A stretch of DNA of 64,000 nucleotides from Candidatus Pacearchaeota archaeon (GCA_018303885.1 JAGVXG010000001.1:11746-75745), one strand, 5' to 3'; counted from the stretch's first letter, positions 1 through 9,068 are shown. The notes: generated by a model not told the origin, from the sequence alone. Numbers and translations are program-made.

Positions 1-2
1 TC

Positions 3-194
3 GCCAAAGGAATAAGCAAATTCATGACTCCGGAAAAAACAGTGCTGGTTATTACGCATTACAAAAGAATTCTTGAACACCTAGAACCAGAGAAAGTTTC
101 AGTGATGGTTGATGGAAAAATTGCTTTTGAGGGCGATAAAAACCTTGTTCAAGATTTAGAACAGAAAGGATATAGTTGGATTGATAAAAAATAG
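3..194 (+). CDS. sufC: Fe-S cluster assembly ATPase SufC, 3' end (partial)
   Basis: Frame 3 reads AKGISKFMTPEKTVLVITHYKRILEHLEPEKVSVMVDGKIAFEGDKNLVQDLEQKGYSWIDKK*. The VITHY-RIL H-loop and LE-KGY tail are typical of SufC. Confidence 0.85.
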   Translation, partial: AKGISKFMTPEKTVLVITHYKRILEHLEPEKVSVMVDGKIAFEGDKNLVQDLEQKGYSWIDKK

Positions 195-356
195 TTACTT
201 TTTCTTAACCTGTTTTAATAGCCAAAGTATTACAAGAACTAAGACTATTACAACTAAAATTTTATAAATTAAACCGAAAATTGCCATTAGCAGATAAAAT
301 GCGAGAATTACCACTAAAATCATCACAATCCACCAAACAATTGACTCGTTTTTCAT
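195..356 (-). CDS. 53-aa two-TM membrane microprotein (not in ORF track)
   Basis: MKNESIVWWIVMILVVILAFYLLMAIFGLIYKILVVIVLVLVILWLLKQVKKK*. It starts 3 nt after the stop of 360..584 and its ends resemble that protein. Confidence 0.75.
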   Translation of the reverse strand: MKNESIVWWIVMILVVILAFYLLMAIFGLIYKILVVIVLVLVILWLLKQVKKK

Positions 357-359
357 TTT

Positions 360-584
360 TTACTTCTGAATTTGTCTTGCAAGCCAAACAATGAAGAGAA
401 CTAGAGCAACTAAAATTAAAACTCCATAAAGCCAGCCAAAAAACATCATTCCAGAGCCATAGGTTCCGTACATCATTCCCATCATTCCGCCATATCCACC
501 GAAGCCCATTCCAACCCCGCCAAATATCAAAACTAAAACTGCTACTATGACAATTACCCAAACCATTGTTTCATTGTTTTTCAT
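360..584 (-). CDS. Small two-TM protein with Gly/Met/Tyr-rich loop
   Basis: GGYGGMMGMMYG loop between two hydrophobic helices; paralog of 3256..3483. Confidence 0.8.
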   Translation of the reverse strand: MKNNETMVWVIVIVAVLVLIFGGVGMGFGGYGGMMGMMYGTYGSGMMFFGWLYGVLILVALVLFIVWLARQIQK

Positions 585-622
585 TATACTCTTAGTCTTT
601 TAGGTTATTTAAATATTCCTGG

Positions 623-826
623 CTATTGATTTTTATTATGTATTCCGAGAACATTGTGGAGCCAGCAATATCCGGTAAAGCTTTCAAGAAGAGCAATTAA
701 GGCAACTACAATGATTACCCAGTTAACCCATACAGTATTTGTTCTCAGAGCCCATGGTCCAAGCCACCAAAAAGCTAATAAAAATCGCAAAACACGATCG
801 GTTTTTCCTAAGTTTTGTTTCACCAT
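623..826 (-). CDS. DUF2892/YgaP-like inner membrane protein
   Basis: N(L)GxxDRxLR N-terminus and GYCxLxxxLGI C-terminus. Confidence 0.8.
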   Translation of the reverse strand: MVKQNLGKTDRVLRFLLAFWWLGPWALRTNTVWVNWVIIVVALIALLESFTGYCWLHNVLGIHNKNQ

Positions 827-881
827 TTACTTCTATGACCTCCTTTCAAATGCGCAAGCGTTTGATTTGAATTTTATTATT

Positions 882-2888
882 TCAAATCTTCTTCCTTCTC
901 AAAAGATTTGCATTTGTCACGACTGTTATTGATGAAAGAGCCATGGCTATCTCTGCAACAATTGGATGAAGCAAACCCGCGACAGCGACAGGAATCGCGA
1001 CTATGTTATATGCGAATGCCCAAAAAAGATTTTGTTTTATTTTTTTGAAAGTTGCCTTGCTTAGATTTATTGCCTGAACAACACCTACAAGAGAGCCACG
1101 CGCCAGAACAATATCTCCTGATTCTATTGCAATATCTGTTCCTGTTCCCATTGCAATTCCAACATTGCTTTGCTTTAGCGCAGGAGCGTCATTAATTCCG
1201 TCGCCGATAAAAGCAACAAATCCTGATTTTTGCAATTCTTCAACTTTTCTTGCTTTGTCTTCTGGAAGAACATTTGCTATGACTTCTGAAATTCCACATT
1301 CTTTTGCTATTGCCTTAGCAGTTTTTTCATTGTCTCCTGTAATCATCATTGTTTTATATCCTTGCTTATTTAATGAGGCAATCGCTAATATAGAATCTTC
1401 TTTAAGAGCATCTGCGACAGCAATAATGCCTATTACTTTTCCTGATTCTGCTACAATCATCGTTGTTTTTCCTTCTGACTCAAAGTCTGAAATTCTAGAC
1501 TCAAAATTCTTAAAAGAAATTTTCTTTTCGTTCATTAGTGTTCTATTACCAATAACAATTTCACTTTTTCCTATTTTTCCTTCGACACCCCTGCCCCTTA
1601 AAATCCTAAAACTTTTGACTTCCTTATATCTTCTTAATTTTGCCTTTTCAACAATTGCTCTTGCAATTAGGTGCTCGCTCAGTTTTTCAAGAGACGCAGC
1701 AATTTCTAGAAGATAATTTTCCTTGACGCTTGATATTATATTTGTGACTTCTGGCTTTCCTTTTGTGATTGTTCCTGTTTTGTCAAAGACAACTATCTTA
1801 ACATGCTTCATTGTCTGCATTGCCTCTCCCTTTCTTATTAGGATTCCATGCTTGGCACCCATTCCAGAGCCGACCATCAAAGCGGTTGGTGTTGCCAAAC
1901 CGAGGGCACAGGGGCATGCAATAACAAGAACAGAAACACTTGCGGCGATTGCTCTACTTAAATCAGAGCTAAAATAAAACCAACCAACGAATGTCAGGAT
2001 TGCAAGAACTAAAATTGATGGAACAAAAATACTAGTGATTTTATCTGCTAAAACCTGGATAGGAACTTTTTCACTCTGCGCTTCTTCAACAAGTTTTATT
2101 ATATGCGCCAGGAATGTGTCTTTTCCGATTTTTGTTGCTTTAATGTAAAGAATTCCGTCTTGGTTTATCGTAGCACCTATCACATTTGAGCCTTTGGTTT
2201 TTTCAACAGGCAGGCTTTCTCCAGTAACCATAGACTCATCAATACTGCTTTCTCCTTTAACAACGATTCCGTCTGTTGGAATTTTTTCACCTGGTTTAAC
2301 AATAAGGACATCGCCAATTTTAATTTCGGAAACGTCAACTTCAAATTCTTTATTGCCCTTTAAAATTCTTGCTTTTTTTGCTCCGAGCTCAAGAAGTTTT
2401 TTAATTTCCTGGCTGGCTCTTCCACGGGCTTTGGCTTCCACATACTTTCCAGTTATGTAAAAAGCCATAATCATTGCAGCAACTCCTGAATAATCCTGGA
2501 TTGAAGAAAACAAACTGAATAAACCAGTTAAATAAGCAACAAGAGTTCCCAGAGCAATAAGAGAATCCATATTAAAATAAAATGTAAACAACCCTCGCAT
2601 TCCTCCCCTAATCGTCGACCATCCAAAGATAAAGAGAACCGGGAAACCTATTGCTAGAATAAGGAAGGTAGTGTACTCCATTGAAAAAAATTGAATTCCA
2701 AAAATCCTTTCTGATAACATAAGAAAGGCAACAGGGACTGCGAAAATCCAAGATCCAGTCATCTTTCTTTTCCATTCATCTATCTCTTCGTCTTCTATTG
2801 GAGCATCGTGGTGATGCTCTAAATCGATCACGCTTGGGCGATTTTCTTTGTCCATTCTCATTTTGTGTTTTTCGTGTTTGTGTTGCAT
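882..2888 (-). CDS. copA: Copper-translocating P1B-type ATPase
   Basis: TGES, CPC, DKTGT, TGDN and GDGINDAP motifs; TM YN and MxxSS signatures of the Cu(I) P1B-1 subgroup; His-rich N-terminus. Confidence 0.95.
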   Translation of the reverse strand: MQHKHEKHKMRMDKENRPSVIDLEHHHDAPIEDEEIDEWKRKMTGSWIFAVPVAFLMLSERIFGIQFFSMEYTTFLILAIGFPVLFIFGWSTIRGGMRGLFTFYFNMDSLIALGTLVAYLTGLFSLFSSIQDYSGVAAMIMAFYITGKYVEAKARGRASQEIKKLLELGAKKARILKGNKEFEVDVSEIKIGDVLIVKPGEKIPTDGIVVKGESSIDESMVTGESLPVEKTKGSNVIGATINQDGILYIKATKIGKDTFLAHIIKLVEEAQSEKVPIQVLADKITSIFVPSILVLAILTFVGWFYFSSDLSRAIAASVSVLVIACPCALGLATPTALMVGSGMGAKHGILIRKGEAMQTMKHVKIVVFDKTGTITKGKPEVTNIISSVKENYLLEIAASLEKLSEHLIARAIVEKAKLRRYKEVKSFRILRGRGVEGKIGKSEIVIGNRTLMNEKKISFKNFESRISDFESEGKTTMIVAESGKVIGIIAVADALKEDSILAIASLNKQGYKTMMITGDNEKTAKAIAKECGISEVIANVLPEDKARKVEELQKSGFVAFIGDGINDAPALKQSNVGIAMGTGTDIAIESGDIVLARGSLVGVVQAINLSKATFKKIKQNLFWAFAYNIVAIPVAVAGLLHPIVAEIAMALSSITVVTNANLLRRKKI

Positions 2889-3003
2889 TTTTAAATTAGT
2901 TCACTTCGTTCACCTATTAATTTATATTGCTAATATAAAACCCCCTATAATTTACTAAAATATTTTTAGCATTAAAATTTAATCTTAACATCATTAACAT
3001 TTT

Positions 3004-3222
3004 TTATTCAAATTCCACTGTTTTTGCTTCATAACCTGCTCTTTTGACAGCTTTTTTTAATTCATCTTCTGAAACAGAATCTTCACATTCCGCGGTTCCT
3101 TTTTTCAGCAACAAAGACACGTTTGCGTTATTTACACCAGGTGTTTTGCGCAAACTTCTTTCTATGTTTGAAGCGCATGAAGCGCAGTGCATTCCATGAA
3201 TTGTTATTTTTGCTTTTTTCAT
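3004..3222 (-). CDS. copZ: Heavy-metal-associated (HMA) copper chaperone
   Basis: GMHCASC motif in a 72-aa protein directly upstream of copA. Confidence 0.9.
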   Translation of the reverse strand: MKKAKITIHGMHCASCASNIERSLRKTPGVNNANVSLLLKKGTAECEDSVSEDELKKAVKRAGYEAKTVEFE

Positions 3223-3255
3223 TTTGTTATTTTTTGGTTGGTTAAATTTAGAGGT

Positions 3256-3483
3256 TTATTTTTGAATTTGTTTGACTAGCCAGGCAATGAATAGCACTAA
3301 AGCAATAACAACAAGAGTCATGAAAAGCCAGCCAAAAACCCACATCCCACCCCAATTCATCATATTATTATAGCCCATCATTCCACCATATCCCCCATAT
3401 CCTCCCCAACCCATGGTGAAACCTAAGAAGAGAAGAACGGCAACCGCAATAATAATCCATGTTAAAGCCTGATTATTTTTCAT
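3256..3483 (-). CDS. Small two-TM protein with Gly/Met/Tyr-rich loop
   Basis: GGYGGYGGMMGYNNMM loop; shares MKNN...ALVLFIxWLxxQIQK with 360..584. Confidence 0.8.
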   Translation of the reverse strand: MKNNQALTWIIIAVAVLLFLGFTMGWGGYGGYGGMMGYNNMMNWGGMWVFGWLFMTLVVIALVLFIAWLVKQIQK

Positions 3484-3860
3484 TTTTCCTTACCCCCTTT
3501 CATATTATGTAATATATGAATACAATAAAGAGACATGTGCTTATCTATCAATTCAATTAATGGCTTTATTGTTTCTTCATTTAGCCAATAATAGCGGAAT
3601 TTGCCATTAACCTCGACATTAACAAATCCACATCTCTTTAACCTAGATAAATCGTGCGAGACAGAAGTTTGGTCCATTTTCAACTCTTTCATAATTTCAG
3701 AAACATTTTTCTTTCCGCTTCTAAGTAAATTAATAATTCTTAACCTTGATTCAGAGACTAACGTTCCAAAAAATATTTTATAGGCGTTATAGACATCAGA
3801 CTCTGCAAGGTGTTCATGATGTTTATGCTCAAAATGCTTTAATATAGATTTGCTTATCAT
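3480..3860 (-). CDS. ArsR/SmtB family metal-sensing repressor
   Basis: RLRIINLL...NVSEI...QTSVSHDLSRL...G.V winged HTH; His-rich N-terminus (HFEHKHHEH) and C-terminal HMSLYCIH. Confidence 0.9.
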   Translation of the reverse strand: MISKSILKHFEHKHHEHLAESDVYNAYKIFFGTLVSESRLRIINLLRSGKKNVSEIMKELKMDQTSVSHDLSRLKRCGFVNVEVNGKFRYYWLNEETIKPLIELIDKHMSLYCIHILHNMKGGKEK

Positions 3861-3881
3861 ATGAAAATGTGATACATATGA
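3857..3881. promoter_or_regulatory. Probable ArsR operator (TCATATG-N11-CATATGA)
   Basis: Inverted repeat between the TATA-like TTTAAAT (about 3885-3891) and the arsR ATG; resembles SmtB/CzrA ATATGA...TCATAT operators. Confidence 0.6.
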
Positions 3882-3885
3882 CTAT

Positions 3886-4341
3886 TTAAATATTTCGCTT
3901 CTTTAAGAAATATAAACTGGTCAGCAAGATAATAACAACTAAAACCTGTATTTCAATTCCCTGAAAAGGCAGAGAAGCAAAGGAAAAACCTATTCCAAGT
4001 AATCCTAGGGCTAAAGGAACAAGCCCTGTAACACACAAAGGGCAAACACCGACAATCAAGCCACCAACACTTCCTGCTCCGGCCAAGACTTTACCCTCTT
4101 TACATTTTTTTCTTTCTTTGTGTAAGATATAAACGTAGACTGCATTCAGGGCAACCAAAAACCCAATAGCTAAAGTTAAAACCAAAGATATTCCTAATCT
4201 AAACCAGTCAACAGTTGAAGCGTATAAAATAATCAAAGGAATTGTGTTATCAAATCCACTGATGAAAATGTTCAGAACTAAATATAAAATAAAAATTGCA
4301 AAAAACCAATATAAATATGGCTCCTTAAAAATTCTTTTCAT
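3886..4341 (-). CDS. Membrane protein with intramembrane CPLC motif
   Basis: About four hydrophobic segments with GVCPLCV; lies in the copper island. Confidence 0.75.
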   Translation of the reverse strand: MKRIFKEPYLYWFFAIFILYLVLNIFISGFDNTIPLIILYASTVDWFRLGISLVLTLAIGFLVALNAVYVYILHKERKKCKEGKVLAGAGSVGGLIVGVCPLCVTGLVPLALGLLGIGFSFASLPFQGIEIQVLVVIILLTSLYFLKKRNI

Positions 4342-4343
4342 TT

Positions 4344-4727
4344 TTATTCCACTATGATGGTTCCATAGCCCATTCCCATAGAACAGGCAAATCTAAATGT
4401 TCCTTTTTTTGTGGGGGTAAAATCAATTGTCTCACTTGGGGTTTTCACATACTTTGAAACACCAAGGTCTTTTATTGTGAAACTTCTTAAGCAGCCTGTG
4501 ACAGATTTATCAAGAGTTATACTTACGGGTTTTCCAGATTGCACCTTTATTGTATTCGGATAATAGTTGTAGTCTTTTGTTCCTAATACAACTTTTTGGA
4601 CTTCTCCTTGAACAACATTTTTCGGAATATCTGTATTTTCTTGAGTTGTTCCCCCCTTCAGAAGAAGAAACCCTGCAATCGCTATTAAAATAAAAATGCT
4701 AATCATATAAAAAATATTTTTTGCCAT
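4344..4727 (-). CDS. Membrane-anchored cupredoxin-domain protein (CupA-like)
   Basis: N-terminal TM; YxPxxIxV, GC and FACSMGMGYG copper ligands. Confidence 0.85.
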   Translation of the reverse strand: MAKNIFYMISIFILIAIAGFLLLKGGTTQENTDIPKNVVQGEVQKVVLGTKDYNYYPNTIKVQSGKPVSITLDKSVTGCLRSFTIKDLGVSKYVKTPSETIDFTPTKKGTFRFACSMGMGYGTIIVE

Positions 4728-4730
4728 TTT

Positions 4731-5414
4731 TTATTGGAACAACAAGCTCCTTGGTCCAAAAACCATAAACCATGTTGTTACTGCAGTGAGCATGAAACTC
4801 CATGAAATTGTGAAAAATTCATTATCTTTGTGTTTTCTTTCCATTTCTCTTGTTTCAGTATATATCATATAATTCAATCCAAAGAGAATAAATCCTGAAA
4901 TCATGAAAACAACCGCTCCCGCAACCCTTAGATTGTCATTGAGCATCATTATAGCTGTCATTCCACCCATTATTCCACCCATGAAGCCAGCCATCATTCC
5001 TTCCATTGCCCCCATTATTCCACAGCATTTTCCATTCCATACGCCAAATAAAATTCCAAAGGACATTCCGACAACACTTCCCCAAAACATTCCATTAGTA
5101 GAAGCAATAAAAAACCCAGGCAAAAATCCAGAGATCATTCCTATTGTCATTCCTATCATCATTCCAGACATGCATGAAAATTCCTTATAAGCTCTGATAT
5201 GCTTTACAGAAAGCAGAATAAGGGAGTAGCTTAGTACAGCAAAAAACAAGAAAAACCCGTATTTTGGAATAAAGTTCTCGATGTATCTAAGCCTGACAAA
5301 AAAAAGAATTCCTAATAGGATAAACGAGGTGACTAGTGAAACGAAAATGGTTTTAACTAACTCGCCTTCAACTTTGTCGTTATTCAGTGATTTTATGAAA
5401 TCTTTTACAGGCAT
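4731..5414 (-). CDS. Met/Gly-rich polytopic membrane protein
   Basis: CMSGMMIGMTIGM and CCGIMGAMEGMMAGFMGGIMGGM within hydrophobic helices. Confidence 0.8.
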   Translation of the reverse strand: MPVKDFIKSLNNDKVEGELVKTIFVSLVTSFILLGILFFVRLRYIENFIPKYGFFLFFAVLSYSLILLSVKHIRAYKEFSCMSGMMIGMTIGMISGFLPGFFIASTNGMFWGSVVGMSFGILFGVWNGKCCGIMGAMEGMMAGFMGGIMGGMTAIMMLNDNLRVAGAVVFMISGFILFGLNYMIYTETREMERKHKDNEFFTISWSFMLTAVTTWFMVFGPRSLLFQ

Positions 5415-5451
5415 GAAAATTTCAGGAAATTTCCATATATAAAGGTTTATA

Positions 5452-5465
5452 TGAAACTAGTTTTG
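5452..5465. promoter_or_regulatory. Palindromic regulator site TGAAACTAGTTTTT
   Basis: 38-51 nt upstream of the ATG at 5414 and just upstream of TATA TTTATATA; same spacing as the copy at 9778. Confidence 0.55.
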
Positions 5466-5561
5466 GATTTAATCTTTATGTCCAGACTAGTTTACTTTAG
5501 ATTTACTTCTATCATTTATTTATTAATTAAAAGTTAACAATAATAAACTTGCCCACTTTCT

Positions 5562-5828
5562 TTAGTTCAATTTGTTGTATATTACAGCAAAAAGCCAGCC
5601 TAAGACAAAGCCTATAACAATAACTTCTACAAATCCTAGAATTGCAGAGCCAATTGTTATGTTACTTGCCTCTATTTGGTTTAAATCAATGCCATGAAAT
5701 ATTGCCCCAAAGAAATTTATTGTAAATTCCTTTGCAATAAGAACAAGCAATAAGCATGTAAGAGAAACAATTCCTGCTACGCTTGCTAAAGCATATCCTG
5801 CTGCTTTTGGTTTTATTTTTTCTGCCAT
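5562..5828 (-). CDS. Small membrane protein, DUF5676-like
   Basis: Two TM helices with CLLLV, FHG loop and GWLFAxIYN end. Confidence 0.7.
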   Translation of the reverse strand: MAEKIKPKAAGYALASVAGIVSLTCLLLVLIAKEFTINFFGAIFHGIDLNQIEASNITIGSAILGFVEVIVIGFVLGWLFAVIYNKLN

Positions 5829-5861
5829 CTTTCACCCCCTTTTATTTTAATTTAAGTTCAT

Positions 5862-6071
5862 TTAAGTCAAACATTCCCTGTATATATTCGGATGATGACT
5901 CATGTGCTCTCTCCAGGATTCTTCAGTGTAGCCCGGTGCTGGCTTGCACTTTTCACTTGCTATTTTTCCAGAATCTTTCCAAGCCTGAATAACTCCTGGA
6001 AAAAAAGTTAACACTAATAGCCCGATGATTAATAACCCTGCTATTATGTATAATATTATTTTTTTGTCCAT
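5862..6071 (-). CDS. Membrane-anchored Cys/His microprotein
   Basis: TM followed by CKPAPGYTEESWREHMSHHPNIYREC. Confidence 0.75.
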   Translation of the reverse strand: MDKKIILYIIAGLLIIGLLVLTFFPGVIQAWKDSGKIASEKCKPAPGYTEESWREHMSHHPNIYRECLT

Positions 6072-6524
6072 TTAATGATACGAAACCCCCAAATTTTTCA
6101 TCTTTCTTTTATGTTTAATCATAATAGAGATTCCAATTAAATTAGACAACAATCCAACACCCAGAAACCACTTTTGATATGCTGTTAAAAAAACTGCAAT
6201 CCCAGAAAGCCCAACAATAGGAATAATATTCAGCAAAAAATGGCTGCAGCATGCAATCATGCTTCCCGCAGAAACACCTCCTGTTCCAGCAACTGTTCCA
6301 GTAAGTGCGGCAGTGTGCTTAATAGAAGCATAAAGCCCGATTTGTGTTCCAAACCCTGCTGCAAGAGGGAAAATTAAATACCACAAACTTCTTAGGTTAA
6401 GGAAGGCAAAATCAATTCCTTGAAAAATCGAGACAACTGTTAAGTAAAATAATAAAAGTCCAAGCCCTGCAAGAATTCCATACAATACTGAATTGTTTTT
6501 CACCACTTTTTTATTTTTTACCAT
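6072..6524 (-). CDS. Membrane protein with MIACCSH motif
   Basis: Four TM segments; start trimmed to the ATG overlapping the end of the upstream gene. Confidence 0.75.
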   Translation of the reverse strand: MVKNKKVVKNNSVLYGILAGLGLLLFYLTVVSIFQGIDFAFLNLRSLWYLIFPLAAGFGTQIGLYASIKHTAALTGTVAGTGGVSAGSMIACCSHFLLNIIPIVGLSGIAVFLTAYQKWFLGVGLLSNLIGISIMIKHKRKMKNLGVSYH

Positions 6525-6955
6525 TTTTTGCAGCATTCTATAAGTTTAGTTGAAAAAGTTTTGAATTTTTTATTAGTTCTAAATAAATAAATCAATAGGA
6601 AAATTAGCCATAATGCTATTATAAAAATCAAGCTGCTAAGACTAAAACTTTCTAGAATAAAATATATGGCAAAAATAAATGTTAACAATAAAGGCAGTCT
6701 AAAAACTTTGAATTTTTCTTTGGTTTTTTTCTCCCATAGATAAAAAATGCCAAGAGAGGTGTGCCCCATCAATATTGCTATTATGGTTTTATCTATGAAA
6801 ATGTTTAGAAAATAAGATATTAAAAGTAAAACCCATACGAGAGTAATTGAAATGCATATTGCACAAAACTTTTTTAGATTAAAGATATTTTTCAGTACTA
6901 ATAGTATAAAAAACAGTATAACAATTCCTATTAATACTGTTGTTATTGTATCCAT
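6518..6955 (-). CDS. Membrane protein with CAIC and C-terminal ECCKKW
   Basis: Hydrophobic throughout; TAATG stop/start overlap at 6955 supports this start. Confidence 0.75.
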   Translation of the reverse strand: MDTITTVLIGIVILFFILLVLKNIFNLKKFCAICISITLVWVLLLISYFLNIFIDKTIIAILMGHTSLGIFYLWEKKTKEKFKVFRLPLLLTFIFAIYFILESFSLSSLIFIIALWLIFLLIYLFRTNKKFKTFSTKLIECCKKW

Positions 6956-7815
6956 TAGATTATTTTCCTCCCGGATTCTTCCCACGCATTCATTCCACCG
7001 TCTAAGTCATAAATCTTTTGATAACCCATTTCCTTAAGATCTTCGGCTACGGCTTCTGACATGCGCCCGCTTCTGCAATAGACAGCTATGGGAATAGAAG
7101 TATCCTTAGGTAATTTGTCCATATACTTTTCAATGTTTTCCCAATCTTCAATTATTTCATCAGTTCCATCAATTTGACCCTGATAAGGAGTATGAACATT
7201 TAGTAAAAAAACACCTTCGTTCTGAATGACTTTCTCAAATTCGCTCGGAGATAAACGCTCAATCGATCCTGTTACAACACCACTTCCCAAATTTGTCAAA
7301 CTAAGTTGTATAATTCCTCCAGCTATTATTAATAATAAGAGTGTTAATATAACTCCTTGAAAAGGAATTAGTTTTCCTTTTCTTAATTTAGTGAGGGTTT
7401 TGCTTAATTTTGGAGACGAAAGTACCAAAATTCCTCCTAAAGCACTTGATACCAAAGAGTAATTAACTGCATATGTTTTTCCGTATTCTCCGATGAAAGA
7501 GAGGTATAGTGGCCCTATAGCTTTGAATAGTGGAATCAAAGGGATTACTGTAGTCAAAAATATTAGTAAAATAATTATAGTTTTCTGAAATGGTATGTAT
7601 CTTTTTTTAGGGATTTTTGAAAACCACATTCCCATTGACATTGCAAAAGCTCCAATAAACAAAGCAACTACTACCTTACTTACGCCAAGCCAGATTGCAC
7701 CAACTCCGGCTGCTCCAGCCCCGATTGTACATAGAGGGCAGTGTGCAGAAACTTGTTTTACTAAGAAAATTGCTAAAACTGTTAAAACAGGAAAGATGAA
7801 AATTTTTTTTTGCAT
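6955..7815 (-). CDS. Membrane protein (AHCPLC) fused to a C-terminal rhodanese domain
   Basis: Signal-like N-terminus then HCPLC, several TMs, then YCRSGRMS and LDGGMNAW rhodanese motifs. True start is likely MQKK at 7815. Confidence 0.8.
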   Translation of the reverse strand: MQKKIFIFPVLTVLAIFLVKQVSAHCPLCTIGAGAAGVGAIWLGVSKVVVALFIGAFAMSMGMWFSKIPKKRYIPFQKTIIILLIFLTTVIPLIPLFKAIGPLYLSFIGEYGKTYAVNYSLVSSALGGILVLSSPKLSKTLTKLRKGKLIPFQGVILTLLLLIIAGGIIQLSLTNLGSGVVTGSIERLSPSEFEKVIQNEGVFLLNVHTPYQGQIDGTDEIIEDWENIEKYMDKLPKDTSIPIAVYCRSGRMSEAVAEDLKEMGYQKIYDLDGGMNAWEESGRKII

Positions 7816-7816
7816 T

Positions 7817-7972
7817 TTATCTGATGAAACTAAATACCAATAAAATAACGAGGAGAATAACAATGATCCACATTAACCATGAACTTTTCTTCTCTGAGTT
7901 ATTTTGGTTATGACTCTCGTTACTGTTTTGCTTTCCATGCGAATGACTCGAATGATTTCCGCAGCAGCTCAT
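7817..7972 (-). CDS. 51-aa tail-anchored Cys-Cys/His-rich microprotein (not in ORF track)
   Basis: MSCCGNHSSHSHGKQNSNESHNQNNSEKKSSWLMWIIVILLVILLVFSFIR*; exactly fills the gap between the flanking genes. Confidence 0.75.
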   Translation of the reverse strand: MSCCGNHSSHSHGKQNSNESHNQNNSEKKSSWLMWIIVILLVILLVFSFIR

Positions 7973-7974
7973 TT

Positions 7975-8454
7975 TTATATCCTTATAAATTCGCTGTAGC
8001 TTCCGTCATAGTTTACAGCGTAAATTACGAAGGCGCCTTGCTTTTGACCAGGCATTCCCGGGCTTCCCGAAGGCATTCCAGGCATTGCAATTCCTGCTAT
8101 ATCTGGCTGTTCTTTAAGAAGTTTTTCAACAGCTTCTAAAGGAACATGCCCTTCAATGAAATAATCTCCAACAATTGTAGTATGACAGCTTTGGAGTGCA
8201 ATAGGAACGCCATATTGCTTCTTTATTTTGTCAGAGTTCTGAATGTCGATAATGTTTACTTTAGTGGAAACTTTTCCATCGACGTAACTTGAATAAACAT
8301 CACAGCATCCGCAAGTTAAAGATTTGTATATGTCTACTTTCTCGGCGTTGTTAATATTTTCAAAAGAAGCCGCGCCAGAACCCTTTGAAAATAAGAGGAC
8401 TGCTGCTAAGAAAATAAATACTATTACTATTCCGAACAATAAACTTTTTTTCAT
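7975..8454 (-). CDS. DUF411 metal-binding protein
   Basis: YKSxTCGCC, SCHT, IEGHVP and PGMPxGSPGM motifs. Confidence 0.9.
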   Translation of the reverse strand: MKKSLLFGIVIVFIFLAAVLLFSKGSGAASFENINNAEKVDIYKSLTCGCCDVYSSYVDGKVSTKVNIIDIQNSDKIKKQYGVPIALQSCHTTIVGDYFIEGHVPLEAVEKLLKEQPDIAGIAMPGMPSGSPGMPGQKQGAFVIYAVNYDGSYSEFIRI

Positions 8455-8458
8455 GTTA

Positions 8459-8704
8459 TTAACATCCTCCTACCATTCCGCCAGAAGATCCGGCTGACGT
8501 GCTAGCTTTTCCCACACGAGAAGGAATTGTTCCGTGCATTTCATAATTCATTATTTCGTTCTCTGTCCAACCAGTTGTGTCTATTTTTGCGTTTAATTCT
8601 GAAATTGAAGCTCCTGTACCTGAAGACCCTAATTTAAACGCAAAAAAAACCGCTATTAAAAATAATGCTCCAATAACTGCCCACAATACTATTCTTCTTT
8701 CCAT
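8459..8704 (-). CDS. Membrane-anchored microprotein ending GGMVGGC
   Basis: MERRIVLW TM, NYEMHG, Ser/Gly linker, C-terminal GGMVGGC. Confidence 0.8.
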   Translation of the reverse strand: MERRIVLWAVIGALFLIAVFFAFKLGSSGTGASISELNAKIDTTGWTENEIMNYEMHGTIPSRVGKASTSAGSSGGMVGGC

Positions 8705-8715
8705 TTTAATCAAAA

Positions 8716-8985
8716 TTAACAACCTCCGACCATTCCACTAGATGAAGCTGCGCTTGCTGCAGCATTTGTTGTAGAACCTATACTTTCAGCTCCAACATTG
8801 CTTCCTGTTTGGAATATAAGATACAAAGCAGCCAAAAACAAAATTCCTATAGCAACCCACAACACCATTCTTCTTTCCATTTTAAAATTCCCTCCTTTCA
8901 TTTGGCTTTCAGACGAATGACCCATTTCTGTTTTCTTTAAGTCTTTACAACATCCATGGTCTTTTTTTGTTTTGCAAGATTCCAT
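8716..8985 (-). CDS. Membrane-anchored microprotein with N-terminal HGCC and C-terminal SGMVGGC
   Basis: AGGAG upstream of the ATG; alternative start MERRMVLW at 8880; paralogous TM to 8459..8704. Confidence 0.75.
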   Translation of the reverse strand: MESCKTKKDHGCCKDLKKTEMGHSSESQMKGGNFKMERRMVLWVAIGILFLAALYLIFQTGSNVGAESIGSTTNAAASAASSSGMVGGC

Positions 8986-9068
8986 TTTATTTTTTTCTCC
9001 TATGTTTATTTTTAATTTTAAAAGGGGAAAAGGAGGTAAGACTTGTAAAAAATAAAGTAAATTTCATC

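Noticed and set aside
7816-7863. TTG-initiated extension of the rhodanese fusion
   Set aside because: This region is occupied by the 51-aa ORF 7817..7972; the ATG at 7815 is the coupled start.
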